From Octopus bimaculoides (lineage: Eukaryota), in contig NC_068986.1 in the NCBI RefSeq assembly GCF_001194135.2, positions 383,190 to 447,189 on the forward strand: DNA of 64,000 nt, in the 5' to 3' direction. Position numbers and translations under genes: made by a program. The stretch's first letter is position 1, and each line of letters opens with the position of its first letter. Below the pieces are notes generated by a model, which worked only from the letters and a program-made list of their open reading frames with translations, was not told the DNA's origin and did not search any database. This document shows positions 24,161 to 37,599 of this stretch, in pieces.

Positions 24161-24761
24161 TCAGCTGGATGAGGACACGACCGGCTCTGTCTCAGATATT
24201 CCACTGAATCAAAGTTGAAGTTGAAGTAACCGACGTGGGGTTTATATTTGTTCACGACTGCACACGCATCTAAAACAAATTAGCGAAAGTATGAGGTATA
24301 TTAACAAGCCATACACGCCACAGATTGATGGCTGGTTGTACTGTACCTTACATTCATTTACGATTTTATGTATTTATGCTTGACTAGCCGACTTCTGTTA
24401 ATTTAGTTAATATAAAGTCGAACTTTCATCGAAGTGATCTATTGTTCCTATATTTCACCCCATCGACAAATCGTCCTACGCGATCGTGACGAGCGAGTAT
24501 CACGGGATGAAAAATTAGGTTTCGATAATTTACAAGCCGTTCTGGAAGTAGTTGAGTTCGGCCAATGTTGATGAACCATGGAACAACCGTTTAGTTGACG
24601 ATCATGTGGTGTAGAGGAAGGTAGACGCATCTTCTACAACGATAAACAGTGGTTTTACAGGGAGTTACATAGTTAGGGGATGCCACCTGTCAAGCGCAGG
24701 GCTTCAAGGTTTAGGGACTATTTATGCATAGTCACTGAAATACACAAATACACACACGCAC

Positions 24762-24801
<40 letters not shown>

Positions 24802-25085
24802 GCACATACACACAAACACACATCCACACACAAGCACACACATACACACGCACGCATATATGTCTATATCTACATATATCTATCAATGTATGTACATATA
24901 ACATAGATAGATAAGCTGATAGACAAACAGACAGTTAGATAGATAGATAGATAGATAGATAGTTGGTTAGTCAGTTAGACAGACAGACAGACAGACAGAT
25001 AACTATACTTGACGTATTGAATTGTTTTTGCTCGTACATGTAAATGCAAACGTTCTCCTATCTCGCTCTATTTCTCAGCATATAT

Positions 25086-25212
<127 letters not shown>

Positions 25213-25479
25213 AGTGTACTTATACATAGTTCAAGGATATCATTATAAATATAGAAACAGTGTACATTAACAACAAATTTGATGTTCTATAAGTTTAGAG
25301 TAAGATGTATTTGATGATGGTTATTATAAGTCGAGCTTCTAAGCTTCTGCAGAAGCTGGTCTCTGGCGAGAGCAACGTGTCTTACTTTCAAAATGACGCT
25401 GCAATAAGCAACGCTTGGATTTTTTAATCTCTCTTCTATCTTATCTGTTCCTTTTCATTTCCTATTCTGTTCTTTGCTC

Positions 25480-25857
25480 GCTCTCTCTCTCTCTCTCTCT
25501 CACTCTAGTTTTCTTTCCCACTCTCTCTCTCTCTCTCACTCTAGTTTTCTTTCCCACTCTCTCTCTCTCTCTCACTCTAGTTTNNNNNNNNNNNNNNNNN
25601 NNNNNNNNNNNNNNNNNNNNNNNNNNNNNNNNNNNNNNNNNNNNNNNNNNNNNNNNNNNNNNNNNNNNNNNNNNNNNNNNNNNNNNNNNNNNNNNNNNNN
25701 NNNNNNNNNNNNNNNNNNNNNNNNNNNNNNNNNNNNNNNNNNNNNNNNNNNNNNNNNNNNNNNNNNNNNNNNNNNNNNNNNNNNNNNNNNNNNNNNNNNN
25801 NNNNNNNNNNNNNNNNNNNNNNNNNNNNNNNNNNNNNNNNNNNNNNNNNNNNNNNNN

Positions 25858-25888
<31 letters not shown>

Positions 25889-25925
25889 TTTCTCTCTCAC
25901 TCACTCTAGTTTTCTTTCCCACTCT
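25480..25925. repeat. minisatellite (CT)nCACTCTAGTTTTCTTTCCCA, spanning a gap
   Basis: The unit appears three times before and once after the 25584-25857 gap. Confidence 0.85.
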
Positions 25926-26075
25926 TTCTCTCTCTCTTTCTTTTTCTCTCTTTCCCTCTCTCTCTCTCTCTCATGCTTTCTCTCTTTCCGCTACAAGAAT
26001 TTAATCCGAAACGTTAAAACTTTTCTATTACTCTGAGTACTAAACAAATAAAAGCAAACAAGAATGACGACGATG

Positions 26076-26108
<33 letters not shown>

Positions 26109-26127
26109 ATGATGATGATGATAGAAT

Positions 26128-26205
26128 GAAAAGAAATACCACTGCCGAATATGTGGAGATGGAGAAGAAACAATAAATCACATTGTCTCTAGTTGCCCAG
26201 TCCTG
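26128..26205 (+). mobile_element. R4/Dong-like LINE subfamily B, CCHC zinc-knuckle fragment
   Basis: Reads YHCRICGDGEETINHIVSSCPVL. Confidence 0.75.
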
Positions 26206-26701
26206 TCTATTTCAGAATTTCATTGACATTTTTCGTTTCTTGGTTCGATTTCCATCGATCAACCTTTTTAAGGTTGCAAATAATGACGCTATCATTCTCT
26301 TGTAGTCTTACGTTCATTCTGTCGTAGATTTCCTTCTGTTCATCTGTCACGTCGCCATTAGTTTTATTGTCTTCTTTTAGATCATCTCTATGTCTCTTCT
26401 CGAGTAAACTACCACTGCTCCTTTCCTGTGCTATGAGATTACTTCTATTAGTAAGAACTGTATTTTCATTCTTATCTCTGCTGCTATTTTCCATGACCCG
26501 TCTTTTGATAGCTTCGAGCTCTACTTCTGTGAACCAGCGATTTTTTCTTATTGCTCTAGCTTGATCACATAGTCTCTGTTCCGTGAGTTGAAACAATCCC
26601 TTTTCTCTCCATTGATCATACATACGTTTTCGGTAACCCCTAATTTTAGCACCCTTTTCATCTACCGGGCTGCTCAGGTAGTAACACTCTATGACCACAG
26701 T
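26206..26701 (-). mobile_element. inverted N-terminal ORF segment of an R4/Dong-like LINE (subfamily A)
   Basis: ECYYLSSP...[36 protein letters not shown] (ORF 26207-26725), typical of the N-terminus of R4/Dong-type ORFs. Confidence 0.75.
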
Positions 26702-28478
26702 AAGTGCAGAGGTACCAAGGATCAACTCCTGATAGACAAAACTGTACTTAGAGTCTGCAAGAGGAGGAAAATTAACTTAGCCATGTCATGGATCGACTAC
26801 CGTAAGGCTTACGATATGATCCCAGGTTCTTAGATTATGGAGTGTATGAATCTATTTGGTATTGCATCGAATGTTGAGCGATTTCTTGGAAAATGTATGG
26901 CGAATTGGAGGACGGACCTGACGGCATAGGGAAGAAGTTTCGGGACAGTAGAAATAAGGACGGGCATCTTCCAATGGGACTGCCTGTCCCCATTGATCTT
27001 TGTGCTGTGCTTGATACCACTAACACTGATTCTGAGGAAAACAAAAGCTGGGTATGTATCCAAAAGCCATGTCAAATGTCAACCATTTGTTATTCATGGA
27101 TGACCTCAGACTTTATGGTAAAGATGAAGCTCAAGTCAGTTCCCTCGTTGATACGATATATACCTTCAGTGCTGATATCAGAATGGAGTTCGGACTGAAA
27201 AGGTGTGGTGTGTTACTCTTGAAGATAGGCAAAATCAAATGTATAGACGGGATAACGATACCGTTGGGGGAGGTTATGAAGCAGATAGAAGAGACGTGCT
27301 ATAAGTAGTTGGAGATTTTGGAAATGGATAAATTGATTGAGAAAGAAATGACAGAAAAGTTTAAGGTAAAGTACTTGCGCAGATTGAGACTGATCCTTAA
27401 GTCAAAATTAAACGAACAGAATAAGATTGTAGCTATCAGCACCTGGGCGGTTTCACTTTTTAGATATAGAACAAGGGTAATCGCATGGACAGTAAACGAA
27501 CTAAACAGCTTAGACAGAAATACAAGGAAGTTGCTAACTTGATATGGGTCACTCCACCCGAAAAGTGACACAGACAGGCTATATGTACCAAGAAAAAGAG
27601 GGGGAAGAGGACTTATTGGATGCGAACACAACTTTACAGCAGAAGAAAACAACATAGCATGGTATGTAAAAAATGCCGCAGAACCGCTAGTATTAAAAGT
27701 AAGAATGTTAGGCTTGTGTGGGATGAAAGATTGCAAAGATAATGCACTATACAAGAAATTGAAAACGAATGATATTGAAAATAGATGGGTAAAGAAAAGA
27801 ATGCATGGACAATTTCATAGCGATGCAAAAAGATAGGACAGACAGAGAAAAAGATGGCTGTGGATGACTAAAAGTGATTTAAAACCGGAAACGGAGGCTC
27901 TACTCTGTGCTGCCCAAGAGCAAGCGCTAAGAACAAACTACATAAAATACAGAATAGACAACATAGCAGAAAGTGGACAAAACGATGAAACCATATGGCA
28001 TATTACCAGCCAATGTACGCCACTAGTCCAAATGGAAATGCAAAGATCCTATGGGATTTTATGATTCAGTGCGACCACGAGATAGAGAATAGGAAGCCAA
28101 ACATAGTCTTAATTGAGAAAGAAAACAAACTATGCTGGATCATAGATATAGCATGCCCAGCTGACAACAAGGTATGCGATAAGGAAGAAAGAAAAGTCGA
28201 GAGGTATGACAGGTTAGTTTGGGAGGTAAAGCAGTTGTGGTCGATGAAAAATGTGATTGTAGTACCAAAAATTGTCGGAGCCCTGAGAACAGTGAGCAAA
28301 AATCTCGAGAAGTACGTGGAACAAATAGGAGCTGCAATAAGTGTGGAGCACTTGCAGAAAGCAGCACTGCTTGGAACCGCTCGAATACACTGGAAAGTGG
28401 TCGAAAAATAAGAGGTGTTACTGGTAGTGAACAGCTAACACTGTAATACATCTCCAGCGTTAGAAACTGTGCAAAGGC
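26702..28478 (+). mobile_element. R4/Dong-like RLE non-LTR retrotransposon (subfamily A), RT to 3' end, decayed
   Basis: [47 protein letters not shown] and RLE motif KPNIVLIEK...IIDIACP; followed by (AAT)n from 28479. Confidence 0.93.
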
Positions 28479-28866
28479 AATAATAATAATAATAATGATA
28501 ATAATAATAATGATAAATTGTAATATAACTAAAATAACAGTTGAATGAAAGTCAATAAAACATGATGAACACGAGATATTTACTAACAATCTGTATTTTG
28601 TAAGAGATAATGATGGAAAATGCATAAAATGGGAAAATGTGATTTATAATGACATTTCGCTTAGTGTCTGCAAACCATCAAAAACAGTTAGAAGAGCAGC
28701 AGCAACGACAACAACAACAACAACAACATCAGAAGACAACGCAATGATTTGAGACGCGAGTTTTGCTTTCTTTAACACATTTTCACTTATTAGAACAACA
28801 AAAAAGAAATGATTTATAAGTTATTTCTTTTTGTAGTAATTGTATCCATATGGGCATCGTCATCAT

Positions 28867-28897
<31 letters not shown>

Positions 28898-29166
28898 AGC
28901 AGCGGCATCGTCGTCATCGTCGTCATTGTTATCGTCGACGGCGTCTTCAGCTTTCTCTCCGTCGTTGTTGTTCTCCTCCTCGTCCTCCACTTCATCCTCC
29001 ACTTCATCCTCCTCTTCATCCTCCTCTTTATCTTAACCTCTTTCTCCTCCTCCGCTGCTCTGTCACTATTGTCGTCGTTGTCATCACCATCGTTAATGTC
29101 GTCAACGTCATCATCTAAGAAATCTACAAGCCACAACATTTATATGAAGAGGTACACGCCCACACT

Positions 29167-29203
<37 letters not shown>

Positions 29204-30202
29204 ACACACACACAAATACTGACAACGATAGATACATACGTTCATATCTCCACACTCACACATACTCACACAAACAAATGGAAGGACAGAGAGAGAGGGA
29301 GAAGCGAGAGAGAAACTCACACTTTACTTATTTGCATACAATTGTCAACGTTATCAGATCATTAATCTCTGGTTCATTTTTGTTTTGGCCAATCAGACTT
29401 CCGTACAAATGTAAATATTTCGTTGGGTGTCCAGGTGTATCCCTATTTGTATGTGTCTTAGTTTCGAGCAGTTCTGAATGCGTTTCTCTTCTATATATCG
29501 GCAATCCTCATTTCTCAGTGAGAACGGTCGATAGCAATGTCTGTCACACTGGTAAAACTGACCGTTTTACCCCTGCAGGCAATTCTACAACCAGCTAAAC
29601 TGCGACCAAACTGAGGACCAAAGAAGCAATTCACTGTCCAGCTCAAGACCATTTTGAAGACCGATCGGGAATGTACATTGCATGTCCAAGCCATCTCAGC
29701 TCAATAACTGCTGGTGTTAGTTCAACAGAGGATTTCTATGTGTATATTATATTTCACCAAGTGATAGATTATCTTAAAGACTTCCCAGGTTTAGTGTGTC
29801 GGCTGTATGGAATCCCTGTATAGAAGAGCGGAAACACAGACTTCTAAGTAAACGCGTTGCTTTCTTTCGCTGCCATTTCTATCGCCACTATAATAGCCTC
29901 TATTCTTTGAACCTGGTTCGGCTCATGGATCATTTGTCGCATCTTTGTGCTGGTAAGGTTAGGTGTGCTGCATTTTTTCGAGGCGAAGTGGGCGATAATG
30001 TATTGTATCAGTACGTTTTCTTATGGGGTTTTGTTTGAGTGTTCGGTTGCATTAGTTTTTATCTTGTGTGTTGTTTGTGTATCGCAGGTTGTGTTCTTCT
30101 GTCGGGTATCGGCCTTCTATGGCACATCTTGTGGGTTTTGCTCATTTTGTTGGGTATTTACATTATGAGTTTATTCTTGTATGATTTTAAAGGGGTGTTG
30201 CA

Positions 30203-30234
<32 letters not shown>

Positions 30235-30759
30235 CTAGTAGTAGTAGTAGTGTGTGTAACACCTAAATCAACTGTTTTATAGTATTTATGATTATCCCTC
30301 CGCCGTTCTTTTGCTTGGTTTTGTTATGGGTTCCGCTAATTATTATTACTGTCATTATTATTATTATCGCTTTCATTGTCATCTTCTTTCAGTTCTGTTT
30401 CATTTCCTTTTCTTGCCGAGTGCCTTCCTGACACTTAGGACAGAGATACGTGCTGTATACATTTGTAGGCCATTAAAATAATCACACTAGATTGTTCATT
30501 TACAAAGTCATGTGACAGAAACAAGGGGGAGAAAGACATAGAAAAAGAAAAAAATATAAAATATAAAGGTAAACAAAGAAAAGGGCAAAAAAAAGGAAAG
30601 AAAATTCACAGCACCAAAACCCTTCTCAGTCCGGGTGACGCACCAGTTAAGACAATCTTTTGCGCTTCCTGCACGAATGGTAATCCAGGGATCATTCTCA
30701 AAGCATTTTCAGTTCCTTTACTGATCATTTCAAGTGTTCCTACGATTATTGTTAATAAT

Positions 30760-30970
30760 AATCTTTTCTACTATAGGCACAAGGCCTGAAATTTGGTGGG
30801 AGGAGATTAGTCGATTACTCCAGTATTTCACTGGTACTTAATTTATCGACTACGAAAGGATGAAAGGTAAAGTCGACTTCGGTGGAATTTGAACACAAAA
30901 TGTAGCAGTAGACGAAATACTGCCAAGCATTTCGCCCGGCGTGCTAACGATTTCGCGACCTCACCGCCTT
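30760..30970 (-). mobile_element. tRNA-derived SINE family B
   Basis: Reverse complement of the 31806-32020 type (CGAAAGGATGAAAGGTAAAGTCGAC...GGAATTTGAAC). Confidence 0.9.
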
Positions 30971-31039
30971 AAAAAGGATTAAATACAATGGCCTACTCAT
31001 TAACCTGTTGAGTGATAAGCGTTTGTCATGATTTAAAGC

Positions 31040-31760
31040 TATTATTGCAGTTCGTCTTTTAAAACTCCTTTCAAATTTATTTTCGCACTGCTACACATGG
31101 AGTAGGAATAATTATGTTTTATAAAAGATTTGAATATAGATAAGGAAACATTGAACTACCTTTATCATAAGTTTCTTGGCACCAGTGAGTCGAAATTAAA
31201 AAAAAAAAAGCTGCTATTTTTATTAAACTACAAATCGGGGAACTGACGAAAGGCGTCGGTTTTGACGACTGTGTTTAAACTTCTGTTGAAAAGCTGGCAA
31301 GTGCTCTTCGAATCTTCGGTGAAGTGCGAAAGTTTGAGATATATAAAAAGATAGTTTAAAACGATTGATAGATTTCATCATCTTCCATTAATGTAAAGAT
31401 GAATCTTTCCATACAATCAATTTGACTATTTTCCAAGAAACGTTAACGAGCACAGCTACTGAGCAACTTGAACGTTTACTGGCAGAGATATACTAAAGGC
31501 TAGTTGGAAATTAGTTTGGAAGATCATTTATTTCCGTTGCTATTTGAAATGCAAAATATCCATTAGAAATATTGTATATATATTAGATTTGTATGTTTTA
31601 TTATTTCCGTTGTAAACATATTTTGGGGGATGATATCGTATTATTTTATCTTTTAATTAAACAGAAAACTGAAAGTTATTCACAGCCTGAAGAACATTCA
31701 GAACAACAGCGTTAAAACTAACTAGAATGAGATATTTCCATTCAAAAGGTTTCCCAAGTG
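31040..31760 (+). mobile_element. decayed Chapaev (Chapaev3-like) transposase C-terminal fragment
   Basis: LLHME*...DKETLNYLYHKFLGTSESKLK...IFIKLQIGEL...QFDYFPRNV, aligned by eye to LHIKLG/KFP.LS.AKLK/HLD.FP.NLG; ends in GTG at 31760. Confidence 0.6.
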
Positions 31761-31805
31761 CAGACCGGTGCTCAGTGTGCTATTATTAGCCTGTGTTTTG
31801 TAGTT

Positions 31806-32020
31806 AAGGTGGCGTGCTGGCAGAATCGTTAGCACGCCAGGCTAAATGCTTAGAGGCATTTCGTTCGTCTTCACGTTCTGAGTTCAAATTCTGCCGAGGT
31901 CGACTTTGCCTTTCATCCTTTCGGGGTTGGTAAAATAAGTGCTAGTTGAGTACTGGAGTCGATCTAATCGACTGGTCCCCTGTCCCCAAAATTTAAGGCT
32001 TTGTGCCTGGAGTAGAAAAT
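31806..32020 (+). mobile_element. tRNA-derived SINE family B, full length
   Basis: A box TGGCAGAATCG, B box GAGTTCAAATT, central GGTCGACTTTGCCTTTCATCCTTTCGGGG, then an (ATT)n tail. Confidence 0.92.
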
Positions 32021-32118
32021 TATTATCATTATTATTATTATTATTATTATTATCATCATCATCATCATTACTATTGTTATCATCATCATTACTATTGTTA
32101 TTATTATTATTTTCATTA

Positions 32119-32150
<32 letters not shown>

Positions 32151-32299
32151 TGGAAGAAGTAAAAATTGAAAATATTGTAAATAATTTCAGATATGCTGTG
32201 TACATGTGCAAGCCTTCAGGTTTTTACTATGTATATGTCTACATATTGTATTAATCATTCCCAAAGCATCGGCCCTTTTTATTAAACACCTTCACTCTG

Positions 32300-33830
32300 G
32301 TTTTCTCTGTTTCTATATCGTTCTGTTTGGATACTTTCTCTTGTTCTTGTGGAGACCTTATTGTCGTATATTGGAACTGACTATGAGATATTTCTTTCCC
32401 TGTTGATAATAGTCAATTATATCAGATCAAGGTACTGTAATTTCCCTGTCTATGTGAATTGACACGCTCCAAGGAATAGTCGGTCGGCCATCTTTTGACA
32501 GCCTTTGTGGTAAATGTTGGAATGATCACTTCTGTGATGGATTTCTTTATTCTAGCCTAATTCCCAGTGTATGAAAATTCAATTCCGTGAAGCTCTTAAT
32601 CGTTTGGAGATTTGGAAAGAAAAACAGAGTGACTTAAAAATACTAGGTGCACACAGCTCAAGCGACAAAAATTATAAAGCCATCATACTTCATATTTTAT
32701 GTATATATGCCGTTGTCTAAGAGCACATCTCTTTAAAGACATGTTGTGTTAAAAGCACAATATATTTCAGAGCACCACAAACATCGTTCCAGCAGTGTCC
32801 CACAAGAATGTCTGATGCGTTTTGGTTGTGTTGGGTTTTGTCAATAATGTTTACTTGCTAATCATATGTCCAGATGAAATATGTTCCTTCTGATGTATAA
32901 GAAACAATCAATAATATATTCACTGGTATTGCGGGTAACCGCCGGGCTGAATAAAGATTCGATGTACGCAATTGAAACAGCCAAACAGCATAGAATTAAA
33001 ATAACCATCAATATATCATACTTGACATATACACACTGTTGACAGGTACCTTACTGTGGGTTTCTTTTTATCTGGAAATACTTTCTTCATAGACATTCTC
33101 TGTCTTCCATTGCTTGTAATTCTTTATTTCAACCTTAGGATTATTTCCGTATTCAAAATTTTCATCCTTAGAATTTTCAGGTTGTGTAAGCTAATTATAT
33201 TCCCCTTTATTCATATTTTAGCTTGTGCTATTCCGGTTTGCATTTTCTTGGTCGGTATTCCGCAGTATGCTGGCATTTGAATTTGATGAGGTTTTCTTAT
33301 ATATTTCATTTGTTTTGCATGCGCTAACTTTATCTTAACGATTTATGTTATCAAATGTGCTTCATGTTTGTGTGAACATTGTTTACATTTTGATTGTTCA
33401 CTTGCATCGTTGTTTATTTGTTTTATTTCTTTTAGGTGCTCTATGGCTATATCTAAAAGATATTTTTTTCTTTTCTTTTGAGAATGTATCTAGCTACTAA
33501 AGTAGTTAGTCTTATAAATTCTAAAGTTATTTTATGTTAGAAATACTTTTTACAGATATTATAGGTACATGTAATAATTTGGGTTTAGATTTTTGAGCGT
33601 AACTGCAGAATGAGCATATAATGTAGAAAGATGTTCTTCTCATATCGATTTATACGTCTTCTGTTTTATTTGCGGGGCTTAAAGAAAAGCGTATGGTCCT
33701 TTACTTAGATTATGGAATTTTTTAACCATCGAGTAACAGAATGTTGCTTTCTGGCGATGCAGAGATTTCCACGCTCCATTTTTCGTACGTTTTACGCATC
33801 AAATCGAAAGCACGCATTTTCTTATAACCG
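32300..33830 (-). mobile_element. possible highly decayed Copia-like pol fragment
   Basis: With one frameshift the minus strand reads KELQQWKTENVYEE near 33080-33125, like the start of a Copia RT; other motif matches are weak. Confidence 0.3.
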
Positions 33831-33980
33831 TGGATGAAATTCAAGTTATATCTAATTTATATTGTTTGTCATTTTTATTTGGAGGCGGGGGTAAATCTAC
33901 CTGGTGGCTATTTTGCCATATGTTCCGTTAGTGCATTTATATGTCATGGTTAGTCGACCAATAGGGCCAACATCTGAAAT

Positions 33981-34051
<71 letters not shown>

Positions 34052-34334
34052 AAAAACGCAATGCAATCTTTGCTAACAGAGTAAACTATTACCTAGTATC
34101 TTCGTCGTTTATTTTCTTCGGAGCAATGAAGTAAAGTTCTCTCTTGTTATTTACTCTCCGATATTACTTATATTATTCTGCCTGACAAAGTGATCATGTC
34201 TTCAAATGTTGCGCTTGAAACAGATTGAACAACAGAACGAATTTGAAAACATAATGAACACTTTGAGATAAAGAAGCAAGTTTGAGTGTTACACTTTAAG
34301 CCAACCCATTTTTTTATTTTTATGATGAAAGAAT

Positions 34335-34516
34335 GTTTTATTTATTCATTTATTGCCCACAGAGGGGACAAACAAGGACAGACAAAGGGATTAAGTCGAT
34401 TACATCGACCCCAGTGCGTAACTGGTACTTATTTAATCGATCCCGAAAGGATGAAAGGCAAAGTCGACCTCAGCGGAATTTGAACTCAGAACGTAACGGC
34501 AGACGAAATACCGCTT
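34335..34516 (-). mobile_element. SINE family B variant with a different 3' tail
   Basis: CCCGAAAGGATGAAAGGCAAAGTCGACCTCAGCGGAATTTGAACTCAGAAC. Confidence 0.9.
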
Positions 34517-34549
34517 TAGATTTTAAAGGTTTTCTCCAAAAAGCAAACT

Positions 34550-36350
34550 CAAAAACAACTTCTACGACTTGGACAGAACTCTATCGTGTCAAAGTATTGT
34601 TTATATTCCTGTTCAAGATTATTGAACTGAGTTATATTGAGGATGATGTCATTAATTAATTTGCCAATTGCTTAAGGCGCGTCTGGACTTTCATCAAGTT
34701 CTGAATACAAACCGGAAGACGTTTTAAGTGCAATGCTTTACACGCAAAAAAAAAAAAAAAATGTAGCAATCTTATAAAGATTTAAAACTGTTAAAAAATA
34801 ACGCAGATTTTCTTGCCTTTCGTTTGAAAAAGCAAAATTATACTTGCTTGGAAATATGTAACAGCTTGTACCTATAGAAACGAAATTTTGATTTAGCAGT
34901 TTAAAGAGAATTATCCTCTTTTTTTATTCTGGAAACATTAATGGACTTTCTGCAAGTTTATCTGAAAGGCATGCTGTAAGTGAATGGTGACTTTTTATAG
35001 ATTCATCTCTATGAAGAGTAAAATCTGTTTTATTGCATAATAGAAATTTAAAATATCTTTCCCCATTGCTCATCCAGGGAATTTCAAAGAACCTTATATA
35101 TTCGCATTGAGATCCTTTTTAATGCAACTGAATACAACGACCACCAACTGAATCTTTGTTGCGATCTTAAAATAATTCCTATGTTAATGGGAATACATGT
35201 TGGATTCACCTGAGACTACTGCTTTCTATGGAAGTCGCAATGCGCAGCGCATTAGCATGTAGCCAATTCTTTTTAGTTAATACGGAGAAGATATATTTTT
35301 AGCACCTCTTCGCATTTAGTTTGGTTTAATGAACTTATGTGTGAAGTGTATTTGGAAAGTGTGTGGGTATGCAGGTATTTTGAAAATATCTCACGGAGTG
35401 ACGACCGTGCCCTACGTAGTTCGAGGCTGCCCTTTGGCAAGGCATGGCACCTGTTCAGCTACTCTGCCAGGAATTCAGTGAAGTCATGGGACTCCAGCAT
35501 GGTGGATTGTGAAGAGATAGCGGAACCGAGCCAACGATGCTTCTTACATTGACGCTTCGCATAGGAATCCTAGAAGGTCAACAGTCAGGATCACGAAGAT
35601 CTATCGAGCGAGTAACTGCAACGCATCTACAGGGGTGACGTACATGTTGGTGTAATCAGCTGATGAAGGATTCACAGTAACTCAAGCTTCCAATTTGAAT
35701 TCATGATAATGGAATACGATGGTGACAGAGTAATGGGAATCCACGGAAACAGCGAAAGAAATGATTAGAAAATGTCTGAGGACTTCGTTTCTCAGAGAAA
35801 CATTTCCAAAATTAAGTGCAAAGAAGGAGGTTTTAGAGGGCCTCAAAACCGAAAGATAAGTTCGATGGAACATTTACAATAGTTTCAGCTCTACTTATTG
35901 TAAAATTGGAACGATATAAACTGATTAACACGGCTCGTGTCCAAGGAAAGCAAATTCGTGTCATCTTTGAGCATTCTATTTTTTCTCTAGGCGTCGCCCC
36001 TGCAAGAACGTAGTCCAATGACTGAAACAAATAAAAGATTTTAAAATAATAACTGAGTTTGGCAGAACTTCAAAAGGCTTTGTGCTGAATTCTTCCAAAA
36101 TTACGGGTTTCCTTCTTTTTAAGATGAAGGTGAGAAATTGATTAGGGCGTTCAAAGATATGAGATGTTGCATGTCTCTTAAATCGCATTTCTTCCATTCA
36201 CATCAAGATTACTCTGCTGAAAATCTTGCTTCAGGAAGTGATTTACAGGGCGAGCTATTTCACAAGAATATTAAATCTATGGAAGCTCGCTCGTGGAGAT
36301 TATGGAATGAAAATATAACAAGAGGCTACTGCTGGATGTTATAACCACAT
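34550..36350 (+). mobile_element. decayed Chapaev (Chapaev3-like) transposase, interrupted by insertions
   Basis: LFIDSS.*RVKSVLLHN near 34995-35040, LCCDLKII near 35160, and MSLKSHFFHSHQDYSAENLASGSDLQGELFHKNI...GYCWML (ORF 36138-36344). Confidence 0.75.
35400..35680 (+). mobile_element. possible Ty3/Gypsy RT fragment nested in the Chapaev fossil
   Basis: A GC-richer block with LPFG, SYID(A) and DH.DL...LQRI motifs spread over different frames. Confidence 0.4.
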
Positions 36351-36910
36351 GACGTAAATCACATTTACAACAAAGTCTCGCATACATCGTACTTTTCAAT
36401 GCAGATATATATTATACGTATGTATGGATATATGTGCGCATGTATATACGTATGCATGAATGTACGTATGTATGTAGGTAGGTGTGCATGCATGGAGAGA
36501 GAGAGAGAGACTGACAGAATAAAACCGACAGGGAAGTCAATTGACAGCTAGATATTGAGACTTGTTTTAAGTTATACTTATCCCCTACACGCGCAGACGC
36601 ACATGCACATTATCACACTGTATATAATTACATGCATTCCTATATGTATATATGTTTATATATTTTATATATATATGTGTGTGTGTGTGCGTGTGTGTGT
36701 ATATATAATTTATTTATACAATAGTTATATATGTATATGTGCATACAGACACACGCATCCATATACATAAATATTTAGCAGTGCGTATGTGTGTGTGTGT
36801 GTGTGTGATCAAGTAAGATCCGTATGTCAAAGTGTGTAGCACTCAATATAATGAATGTCTTTGAGACTATTAGTAACAAACATTGACAGGTTTCTGTAAT
36901 TACATAATGA

Positions 36911-36952
<42 letters not shown>

Positions 36953-37422
36953 NNNNNNNNNNNNNNNNNNNNNNNNNNNNNNNNNNNNNNNNNNNNNNNN
37001 NNNNNNNNNNNNNNNNNNNNNNNNNNNNNNNNNNNNNNNNNNNNNNNNNNNNNNNNNNNNNNNNNNNNNNNNNNNNNNNNNNNNNNNNNNNNNNNNNNNN
37101 NNNNNNNNNNNNNNNNNNNNNNNNNNNNNNNNNNNNNNNNNNNNNNNNNNNNNNNNNNNNNNNNNNNNNNNNNNNNNNNNNNNNNNNNNNNNNNNNNNNN
37201 NNNNNNNNNNNNNNNNNNNNNNNNNNNNNNNNNNNNNNNNNNNNNNNNNNNNNNNNNNNNNNNNNNNNNNNNNNNNNNNNNNNNNNNNNNNNNNNNNNNN
37301 NNNNNNNNNNNNNNNNNNNNNNNNNNNNNNNNNNNNNNNNNNNNNNNNNNNNNNNNNNNNNNNNNNNNNNNNNNNNNNNNNNNNTATATATATATATATA
37401 TGTATGTATGTATGTATGCATG

Positions 37423-37472
<50 letters not shown>

Positions 37473-37599
37473 TGTATGCATGCATATATATATATATATA
37501 TAATATCATCACAAAACTGGTTGCGGACATAGACGCATGCGCACACAAGCACTATTACTCCTCAAGAATTCATGTTGGCAACGTAATTCCATATCTTCC

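Noticed and set aside
25480-25925. CRISPR-like repeat-spacer array
   Set aside because: The spacers are (CT)n rather than unique sequence, the context is eukaryotic and there are no cas genes; it is a minisatellite
28783-29365. His/Gln/Ser/Asp-rich ORFs (also 56866-57684)
   Set aside because: Translations of (CAT/CAG/CCT)n repeats
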